Assembly: GCA_024691125.1 (NCBI GenBank) | Contig: JAILNV010000203.1 | Coordinates: forward strand, 4,354-68,353 | Direction: 5' to 3' | DNA from: Lachnospiraceae bacterium | GTDB lineage: Bacteria; Bacillota; Clostridia; Lachnospirales; Lachnospiraceae | Length of the DNA: 64,000 bases | Part shown: positions 19,637 to 26,657 of the stretch, in pieces | Layout of the letters: each line of letters opens with the position of its first letter | Position numbering within the stretch: the stretch's first letter is position 1 | The notes under the pieces: generated by a model | What the model was told of the DNA's origin: nothing | Database searches by the model: none | Seen by the model: only the letters and a program-made list of their open reading frames with translations | Made by a program: the position numbers and the translations under genes

Positions 19637-19894
19637 TTAAACCCCCGGATTCCTCAATACAAGTTCGAGATCACTCAACGGAACTGTTGAGATATAGTAT
19701 TCCGGATTATTGGTATAAGCCCATCTGTTGCGAAGTCTCTGCCATTCCTGAGCCGTGAATACTCTGGGAGCACCGTTCTTATCCCTGAATGCTACGCTTC
19801 CGTCCGCATTGAAAACATATTGTCCGGTTGCTTCGGCTCCACCGTTTACTTCCTTTAATGCTTCATCATTAATGATCTTATCCTGATCTGCCAT
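19637..19894 (-). CDS. Small exported peptide precursor with a double-glycine (GG) leader; bacteriocin-like or signalling-peptide-like
   Basis: ATG at 19894, 8 nt after an AAGGAGGA RBS. The leader MADQDKIINDEALKEVNGG has hydrophobic residues at -4, -7 and -12 relative to the GG. A 66-aa Cys-free core follows. It has its own promoter-like element at 19937-19965. Confidence 0.6.
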   Translation of the reverse strand: MADQDKIINDEALKEVNGGAEATGQYVFNADGSVAFRDKNGAPRVFTAQEWQRLRNRWAYTNNPEYYISTVPLSDLELVLRNPGV

Positions 19895-19936
19895 AATAAA
19901 CATCCTCCTTTTTTGATGCATTTGAGCTTCTGTTAA

Positions 19937-19965
19937 TTTATACGAAAAAAATAAATAAATGGCAA
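19937..19965 (-). promoter_or_regulatory. Sigma-A-like promoter for the GG-leader peptide gene
   Basis: On the minus strand: TTGCCA, a 17-nt spacer, TATAAA. It lies about 40 nt upstream of the start codon. Confidence 0.5.
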
Positions 19966-19999
19966 AAACTGATTAAATTATTCTTCTAAAAGTTATCTT

Positions 20000-20986
20000 T
20001 TATAAGAGATGCGCTCTCATGTCCTCTCCGCTCATATTAAGAAGATAGGCAGGAGCAACATCAAATACAGTCTTACATCCTGACATCCCCTCTTTATTCA
20101 TCCTGTAAGCAGCTCTTGCATAGGCGATAAGTACAGAAGAGGTGAACTCAGGATTGGATTCGAGGTTAAGCTTATATTCTATTACATGCTTTGTTTCATT
20201 ATTCCAGCCTGTAACACCGCTTCTTATGACCATTCCTCCGTGAGGGATTCCCTTATGATCACGGTCAAGCTCCTCCTGTGAAATGAAATGTACGGTCGTA
20301 TCATAATCTGCAAAATAGTTCGGCATTGTTACGATTTCTTTCTCTATCTTAGCTTTGTCAGCGCCTTCTTTTGCAACGACAAAGCATTCTCTGGTGTGCT
20401 TTTCTCTTGTGGTAAGTTCGGGATTCTTCCCGCTTCGTACGGCTTCAACAGCAGCTTCGACAGGGATGGTGTACTGCCTTGCATCCTGAACGCCGTCAAT
20501 GCGCCGGATGGCATCCGAATGTCCCTGGCTGACGCCCTTGCCCCAGAATGTGTAATCCTTACCGTTTGGGAGGATTGCGTTGGCATAAGCCCTGTTAAGA
20601 GAGAACATTCCGGGATCCCAACCGACTGAAATCATTGCAATATGACCTCCGTTCTTTGCAGCCGAATCAACCTTTGCGAAGTGCTCCGGGATCTTTGCAT
20701 GTGTATCGAATGAGTCTATAACATTAAAATCAGCTGCGTACTTCGGTGTCATTTCGGGAAGATCCGTAGCACTGCCGCCGCATATGATCAGAACATCTAT
20801 CTCATCTTTATGATCAAGTATATCGTTTGATGAATAGACAGCGGCGTCGGATGTTAATATGCTTACGGCTGATGGATCTCTCCTTGTAAACACACATTTC
20901 AGCTCCATATCATCATTCTGTCTGACTGCGCACTCGACTCCGCGCCCTAAGTTTCCATAGCCTAAAATACCTATCCTGATGCTCAT
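20000..20986 (-). CDS. ddh: meso-Diaminopimelate D-dehydrogenase
   Basis: 328 aa with the N-terminal Rossmann motif IGILGYGNLGRG and conserved Ddh blocks (WDPGMFS, WGKGVSQGHSDA, ESNPEFT). Confidence 0.9.
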   Translation of the reverse strand: MSIRIGILGYGNLGRGVECAVRQNDDMELKCVFTRRDPSAVSILTSDAAVYSSNDILDHKDEIDVLIICGGSATDLPEMTPKYAADFNVIDSFDTHAKIPEHFAKVDSAAKNGGHIAMISVGWDPGMFSLNRAYANAILPNGKDYTFWGKGVSQGHSDAIRRIDGVQDARQYTIPVEAAVEAVRSGKNPELTTREKHTRECFVVAKEGADKAKIEKEIVTMPNYFADYDTTVHFISQEELDRDHKGIPHGGMVIRSGVTGWNNETKHVIEYKLNLESNPEFTSSVLIAYARAAYRMNKEGMSGCKTVFDVAPAYLLNMSGEDMRAHLL

Positions 20987-21076
20987 TTGGTTTTCCTCTC
21001 CTTTGTGGTTTTTAGTTATACTTTATATTATAACCATTAATACTGTTTTGCAATAAAAAGCCTTCTTATTTTTAGA

Positions 21077-21105
21077 TTGAAATAAGAATCCGTATTTGGT
21101 AAAAT
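21077..21105 (+). promoter_or_regulatory. Sigma-A-like promoter at the head of the polysaccharide locus
   Basis: TTGAAA (21077-21082), a 17-nt spacer, TAAAAT (21100-21105). It lies about 45 nt upstream of the 21152 start. Confidence 0.5.
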
Positions 21106-21151
21106 ATTTTTTTGGTTGCAGGTAAATATATATGCATGTGAGGTTTGAAAA

Positions 21152-22090
21152 GTGAGCAGAAGAAAAAGAAAAGGTATGTCGACGGGTATCCTGATAACTT
21201 TAATAGTAATAGCTGCAGTGTTGTGTCTTGTAATGGTAACGGTTATGTATATGGATAATCATGGACTGCTGGGTAATACTGAAAAGGAGAATGCTTCGAC
21301 AGATATGACGGATGAAGATGGGGATGCAGATATAAATGTAAATGAAGAAGCGGAAAAAGATGCATCAGAAAATGAAGAGGTTGAGATTGTTACTGCCATG
21401 GACACGGAAGGACTGGTATTTCCTGATTTTGACAGCAGTCTTTATTTGAATGATGAGAAATTTAAGGCGATCGCACCGGATCATGAGAATGTAAATATAA
21501 AGGAGCTTCAGAAAGAGGTAAATCCTGAAATATATGCATGGCTGTACGCACCGCACACAGGAATAGATTATCCTGTACTGCAGCATGAAGACAAGGATGA
21601 CTATGCCTTTTATTCCTCCCATAATGAAAAGGGAGAGGAAGATGACAAAGGAGCGATTAATACCGAATATTTCAATCTTAAGGAATTCAAAGATTATCTT
21701 ACGGTGATATATGGACGAAATATGGGCGATGGAACCATGTTTTCCAATCTTGAGCTTTACAGGGATCCGACCTTCTTTAAAGATAATCCGTACATATATG
21801 TATATACTGACGATGAAATACTGGTATATAAGACCTTTGCAGCATATGAATTTGAGGATGTCCATCTGATACTGTTTTATGTGACTTCCGTTGATTTTAT
21901 GTTTGAAAAGTATCTGAACGGGCTTGAAGAAATGCCCGGGATTGATGCGAACATAGATAAAACGGCGTGGCCGGGAAAAGATGACAGGATTTTAACACTG
22001 TCAACATATATAAGAAATGATCCGAACAGCAAAAGATATCTGGTTCAGGCCAAACTGATCGGGATCAGGAAACAGGAAGGACAGGAATAG
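21152..22090 (+). CDS. Membrane-anchored class B sortase homologue lacking the catalytic His and Cys (pseudo-sortase)
   Basis: N-terminal TM helix and an acidic linker. SrtB-like blocks are IYAWLYAPHTGIDYPVLQ, TVIYGRNMGDGTMF, RILTLSTY and KRYLVQAK. Arg189 replaces the YGH His, Tyr286 replaces the TLxTC Cys, and the Arg is retained. Confidence 0.75.
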   Translation: MSRRKRKGMSTGILITLIVIAAVLCLVMVTVMYMDNHGLLGNTEKENASTDMTDEDGDADINVNEEAEKDASENEEVEIVTAMDTEGLVFPDFDSSLYLNDEKFKAIAPDHENVNIKELQKEVNPEIYAWLYAPHTGIDYPVLQHEDKDDYAFYSSHNEKGEEDDKGAINTEYFNLKEFKDYLTVIYGRNMGDGTMFSNLELYRDPTFFKDNPYIYVYTDDEILVYKTFAAYEFEDVHLILFYVTSVDFMFEKYLNGLEEMPGIDANIDKTAWPGKDDRILTLSTYIRNDPNSKRYLVQAKLIGIRKQEGQE

Positions 22091-22105
22091 AAGGGAAAAT
22101 ATATA

Positions 22106-22855
22106 GTGAGCCTGTTTAATAATACAGAAAATAAAAGAAGAGTGATTGATGTACACTGTCACATACTGCCCGGGATAGATGACGGCTCGGACAGCTGGGA
22201 AACATCCATGGAGATGATGAGGATTGCGTGGGCGGACGGAATAACAGATATGATAGCAACCCCTCATTTCAAAGCAGGACGTCATAATGCATCTCCGTCA
22301 AGGGTGAAGGAACTGGCAGGAGAGCTGCAAAAGAGAGTAAATAATGAAGGTATGGATATAAAGATATATACCGGAAATGAGATAATGTATTTCAGCGAAG
22401 CGGCGGATATGCTGGATGCAGGAGATATACTTACGTTATGTGACAGCGATTATGTGCTGGTGGAGTTCCTGCCCGGTGATAATTTTATGCATATATCTTC
22501 GGGACTTGATGGGCTCAGATATATGGGCTTTGAGCCGATACTTGCACATGTTGAAAGATACGAATGCATGTTAAGGGATATTAAAAATGTTCAGGAGCTT
22601 GCAAGAAAAGGCATAAATATGCAGGTGAATGCTTCCTCTCTTACAGGTGCACTCGGTGCAAAGGTTAAGAAGGCCGTAATAAAGATGCTGGATGAGGGAT
22701 ATATAGATTTCATCGGAACAGATGCACATGACACAGGAAGGAGATCGCCTCAGATGAGTAAGTGCATAAAGGTGTTGAGCAGAAGATATGAGAACGGGGA
22801 CGTTGACGATCTGGTGTGTTCAAATGCACTTGACATAATAGAAGATTATCAATAA
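22106..22855 (+). CDS. CpsB/Wzh-type PHP-family protein-tyrosine phosphatase
   Basis: VIDVHCHILPGIDDGS ... ATPHF ... GTDAHD motifs are typical of the manganese-dependent CpsB. The start is GTG. Confidence 0.88.
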   Translation: MSLFNNTENKRRVIDVHCHILPGIDDGSDSWETSMEMMRIAWADGITDMIATPHFKAGRHNASPSRVKELAGELQKRVNNEGMDIKIYTGNEIMYFSEAADMLDAGDILTLCDSDYVLVEFLPGDNFMHISSGLDGLRYMGFEPILAHVERYECMLRDIKNVQELARKGINMQVNASSLTGALGAKVKKAVIKMLDEGYIDFIGTDAHDTGRRSPQMSKCIKVLSRRYENGDVDDLVCSNALDIIEDYQ

Positions 22856-22899
22856 AATTAACTAAATAGCTATTTGTTAAATGATTTGGAGAATTACAA

Positions 22900-23937
22900 A
22901 TGGGAAATAAAGATGAAGAAATAGAAATAGATCTTGCAGAGGTGATTGCATTTCTGCTTCATTGGCTATGGCTTATTATTCTTTCGGGTATTTTGTGCGG
23001 AGCGATCGGACTCGCTGTGAGCGCTTTTGTCATATCACCTAAATATCAGTCTACAACGAAAGTATATATTCTGAATAAACAGAACTCAAACGGGAATATT
23101 TCATATTCCGATACCCAGCTGGCCACTCAGCTTACCAAGGATTATGAAGAGCTTATAACCTGTCGGAACGTTCTGGAGAAAGTTATTACGAATCTTAAGC
23201 TGAATGACAGTTATGAGACGCTGCTTAGCCGTATCACGGTTGCCAATGCTTCGGATACCCGTATCATATCGATAACGGTCAAGGATGTAAGCCCGGAAGA
23301 GGCAAGAAGGATTGCAAATGAGGTAAGAGATGTTGCAAGCTCACACATTACCGAAGTAATGGATATTGAGGCGGTAAATGTAGTCGATGAGGCCAATCTT
23401 CCCGATATTGACAAACCTTCGGAGCCTTCAATTACCAAATACACGGCGATAGGAGCAATGGTTGGTATCTTTATATGTATTGCTTTCCTTCTGATCAAAT
23501 ATCTGGCCGATGATACCATAAGAGTATCGGAGGACGTGGAAAAATATCTTGAACTTTCGACACTGGGCCTTATACCGATCATGGAAGGTGAATCCGTTAA
23601 GTCTAAAAAGAAGAGGAAAGGGCGGACAATAAATAAAAGTGAAAATAACCATAATCCCGACTCCGCAAATGATGATTCGGACAGTGAGGAATCGGCAGAT
23701 GCTTCCGCGCCTGACAAAAGCAGACAGGCAAAGAATGCTTCGGTTTTAAGAAGATCCAGGAGTAAAGGGGTCGATAAGAGATTGGTAAACGAGATAGTGT
23801 CGCTGAAGGTATCGGATATTGACAACCTTGATGAAGAGGTGGATGTAGAGGAACCGGAGGCTGCTAAGGTAATGCAACAGATGGCACTTGCTGAAAACCT
23901 GGAGAACGGCGATGTGATTTCAGATCAGGAGAAATAA
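22900..23937 (+). CDS. Wzz/CpsC-type chain-length regulator (BY-kinase transmembrane modulator) with a long charged C-terminal tail
   Basis: Two TM helices flank a Wzz-like extracellular domain (SPKYQSTTKVYIL). A charged tail of about 115 aa follows TM2. Confidence 0.85.
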   Translation: MGNKDEEIEIDLAEVIAFLLHWLWLIILSGILCGAIGLAVSAFVISPKYQSTTKVYILNKQNSNGNISYSDTQLATQLTKDYEELITCRNVLEKVITNLKLNDSYETLLSRITVANASDTRIISITVKDVSPEEARRIANEVRDVASSHITEVMDIEAVNVVDEANLPDIDKPSEPSITKYTAIGAMVGIFICIAFLLIKYLADDTIRVSEDVEKYLELSTLGLIPIMEGESVKSKKKRKGRTINKSENNHNPDSANDDSDSEESADASAPDKSRQAKNASVLRRSRSKGVDKRLVNEIVSLKVSDIDNLDEEVDVEEPEAAKVMQQMALAENLENGDVISDQEK

Positions 23938-23938
23938 A

Positions 23939-24661
23939 ATGCAGCAGATCGAAATAAAAATTGATACTCATGATTTCAGAACCAATGAAGCGTTTAAGAC
24001 ACTGAGAACAAATATCGAGTTCGCCGGTGAGGATATACAGGTAATAGGCCTTACCAGTGCAACACCAAATGAAGGTAAGTCGACTGTATCATTCGAATTG
24101 GCCAGAACGTTCGCAGAGAGCGGCCGCCGCACTCTGCTGATCGATGCTGATTTACGTAAGTCCGTTATGAGAAACAGATATAAGCTGGGTAAGGTACGCT
24201 ACGGTCTTACAAATGTATTGGTAAAGAAGGCAGATTTCGAAGATGCAATATGTGAGACCGATATACCGGATTTCCATATGATGTTTGCGGGACCCGTACC
24301 ACCCAATCCCAGTGAGCTTCTCGGAGGCAAAACCTTTAAGAGGCTGATCGAATACGGACGGGAGAATTACGATATTGTTATAATTGACGCTCCGCCCATA
24401 GGTTCGGTAATTGACGCGGCTGTAATAAGTAAGAAATGTGATGGAATGATCGTAGTTATCGAAAGCGGTGTTATAAGTTATCGCTTTGCAAGAAAGGTAG
24501 TAGAGCAGTTAAAGGTTGCGGATGCGAAGATACTCGGAGTGGTGCTTAACAAGATGAATCTGACCGGTAAAGGCTATTACGGTAAATACTATGGCAAGTA
24601 TTACGGTAAATACTATGGAAAATATTACGGTAAGTACTATGGAAATTACGGTAATGACTAA
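23939..24661 (+). CDS. CpsD/Wze-type bacterial tyrosine kinase (BY-kinase) catalytic subunit
   Basis: Walker A TSATPNEGKST, Walker A' LLIDADLRK, Walker B IVIIDAPP, and a C-terminal tyrosine cluster YYGKYYGKYYGKYYGKYYGKYYGNYGND. Confidence 0.92.
   Translation: MQQIEIKIDTHDFRTNEAFKTLRTNIEFAGEDIQVIGLTSATPNEGKSTVSFELARTFAESGRRTLLIDADLRKSVMRNRYKLGKVRYGLTNVLVKKADFEDAICETDIPDFHMMFAGPVPPNPSELLGGKTFKRLIEYGRENYDIVIIDAPPIGSVIDAAVISKKCDGMIVVIESGVISYRFARKVVEQLKVADAKILGVVLNKMNLTGKGYYGKYYGKYYGKYYGKYYGKYYGNYGND
24572..24658 (+). repeat. Tandem 12/24-nt coding repeat encoding the BY-kinase tyrosine cluster
   Basis: TATTACGGTAAATACTATGGNAAR is repeated about 3.5 times and encodes (YYGK)n. Confidence 0.85.
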
Positions 24662-24697
24662 GATTGAACCGTGCATATGTGACTGTTTTAAGAGGGT

Positions 24698-25819
24698 ATG
24701 AGCAAAAGACGAAGAAGAACCAGAAGAATAGAGTCGAGGAATGAGTACATCATAAAGCGTGTGCTGATCATACTGTGTTGTATTTTGGCGGTCGGCGTGA
24801 TACTTGTTGCTGCCGTAAAGATAGTTACAATAGTCGGAAGAAACAGACTTGTCAAGAATGCAAATACGCAGGGACCAAACCTAACTGAAGAAAGTAATGC
24901 CGCGCCTGTAACTGACCCGGTATATGCTTCTGACTGGCAGGAGGGATGGGTGACTCTTGACGGTAAGGTTTATGAGTATAATGAAGATATAAGGACTTTC
25001 CTGATCCTGGGAATAGATAATGCCCACAGCTCAGGTGATGTGGACTATGGTGAGATCACATCGGGAGGCCAGTCTGACGGTATCTTCCTTTTGATAATGA
25101 ATCCGACGGATGAAACCATCAAGGTATTTGCGGTTAACAGGGATACGAAGGTCGACGTTCTGATGGTCGGAGGCGGAGAAGGCGGCAGCGATATGTGGGG
25201 TGAGGCCAATATAGCTGTTCAACATGGGTTTGGAGGCGGAGGAGCTTACAGCTGTGAGCTTACAAGAGATGCGGTAAGCCGTCTTTTGTTTGATATTCCG
25301 ATCCATGGATATGCCGCAATAAATTATATGGCTATTCCCGATATTAATGATTCTGTAGGCGGTGTCGAGCTTACACTTCCGGATGATATGGATGTTTCGA
25401 TGGTAAAGAAAGCATGGAAGCCGGGAGCAACAATAAATCTTAAGGGGAAGGATGCTTATGATTTTGTACACTACAGGGATACAGATGTGTTTGAAAGTCA
25501 GAGGCAGAGACTGGAAAGACAAAAACTCTATCTTAAAACATTTATAAATAAGGTTAAGGCTAAAACAAAAGAAGATATAACGTTTCCGGTGAATGTTTAT
25601 AATAGTATTAAGGATTATATGGTGACAGATCTTACAGTTGATTCGATCAGCTATATGGCCTCCGAATACTATGATTATTCGTTTGAAGGCGATGACATTT
25701 ATACCATGGAGGGCCATACGGAAACAGATGAATACTTCGAGTATTTTATTCCCGATAAGGATAGCCTGAGGGAGCAGATCATAAAACTTTTTTATAAAGA
25801 AGTTGACAGAAATAACTAA
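24698..25819 (+). CDS. LytR-CpsA-Psr (LCP) family glycopolymer transferase
   Basis: N-terminal TM anchor. The LCP core is FLILGIDN...GGQSDGIFLLIMNP...IKVFAVNRDT...INYMAIPDINDSVGGV. Confidence 0.82.
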   Translation: MSKRRRRTRRIESRNEYIIKRVLIILCCILAVGVILVAAVKIVTIVGRNRLVKNANTQGPNLTEESNAAPVTDPVYASDWQEGWVTLDGKVYEYNEDIRTFLILGIDNAHSSGDVDYGEITSGGQSDGIFLLIMNPTDETIKVFAVNRDTKVDVLMVGGGEGGSDMWGEANIAVQHGFGGGGAYSCELTRDAVSRLLFDIPIHGYAAINYMAIPDINDSVGGVELTLPDDMDVSMVKKAWKPGATINLKGKDAYDFVHYRDTDVFESQRQRLERQKLYLKTFINKVKAKTKEDITFPVNVYNSIKDYMVTDLTVDSISYMASEYYDYSFEGDDIYTMEGHTETDEYFEYFIPDKDSLREQIIKLFYKEVDRNN

Positions 25820-25963
25820 ATAGAGTATCCTATACAAATGTGAGAACTAAATGTATTGTTCTACCGCGCTAAACGATGTGTTTAGCGGAATTATGCTATA
25901 CCCCGGGTTATATCCGGTTGGTATATTGTCACAAGCACTCTATGAAAGGAGGGAAATGTTGAA

Positions 25964-26506
25964 GTGAAAAAGAGAATTCTTGCTGTTATTGTTTCATCTT
26001 TACTGATAGTTTCAATGACAGTACCGGTATTGGCAGCAGGCTCAGGTAATTCGAATAAGGCAATGGAAATTGCGATTATGAAGATGCTCCTTGGAATAAA
26101 GGATGAGCCGAAGTCTGAAGAATCAAGTTCAAGTTCAAGTTCAAGTTCAAGCTCAAGCGCTAGTACAGCAGCTTCTTCATCGTGGACAAACGGTGCTCAG
26201 AATACAGACTTGAATGCAAACACAATGCTGGCATATGTTTATTATAATTCACTCTTTAACACCGGTCTTACTGTTGCAGCTGCACAGTGGGGTAATAGTG
26301 GTGATGAGTATTGGTCATTTACAAGCCCGCTTTTTGTACCCGGAAGTAATGTGGTTATCCAGGAGTTCTGGAAGACAGGCGAGAGTAAGTCAACTGATGT
26401 TAAAGCAGATGCAAAGAATACAGCTAGCAAGGTAAAGGCAAGAAATGCAGCTGGTTCAAAGGCCGATACAGCAGCAGCTTGTCTTAGGGTTGGTAATCAA
26501 AGATAA
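25964..26506 (+). CDS. Secreted Ser-rich protein, function unknown
   Basis: GTG start after AAAGGAGGG. Signal peptide MKKRILAVIVSSLLIVSMTVPVLAAG, a poly-Ser tract (16 of 17 residues are Ser), and no recognised domain. Confidence 0.6.
   Translation: MKKRILAVIVSSLLIVSMTVPVLAAGSGNSNKAMEIAIMKMLLGIKDEPKSEESSSSSSSSSSSSASTAASSSWTNGAQNTDLNANTMLAYVYYNSLFNTGLTVAAAQWGNSGDEYWSFTSPLFVPGSNVVIQEFWKTGESKSTDVKADAKNTASKVKARNAAGSKADTAAACLRVGNQR
26123..26158 (+). repeat. Hexanucleotide microsatellite (TCAAGY)x6 encoding poly-Ser
   Basis: Read directly: four TCAAGT units then two TCAAGC units. The repeat is in frame, so slippage would change length but not frame. Confidence 0.9.
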
Positions 26507-26548
26507 TATTTATTCTGTTTAATCTCCCCTGAAAAGGGGAGATGGCAG

Positions 26549-26570
26549 GATTAATCACGCGTGATTAATC
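26549..26570. promoter_or_regulatory. Perfect 22-bp palindrome GATTAATCACGCGTGATTAATC (candidate dimeric-regulator operator)
   Basis: Read directly. It lies between a GAAA-loop hairpin (26522-26543) and a terminator (26606-26633), about 90 nt upstream of the 856-aa ORF. Confidence 0.45.
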
Positions 26571-26605
26571 AAGTAGTAATATTTGATTTTCGGCTTGTGA
26601 CAAGG

Positions 26606-26633
26606 GGAACCGGTTAATGCCGGTTCCTTTTTT
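26606..26633 (+). terminator. Rho-independent terminator or attenuator immediately upstream of the 856-aa gene
   Basis: GGAACCGG-TTAATG-CCGGTTCC followed by TTTTTT. The next RBS and start codon begin only about 25 nt downstream. Confidence 0.7.
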
Positions 26634-26657
26634 CGAATTACGGAAAGGAATATACTG

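Noticed and set aside
19397-19690. 97-aa plus-strand ORF across the hairpin and repeat cluster downstream of rpsI.
   Set aside because: It starts inside the rpsI terminator T-tract, has no RBS, runs through perfect inverted repeats and overlaps the end of the minus-strand peptide gene. It is most likely an artefact of the repeats.
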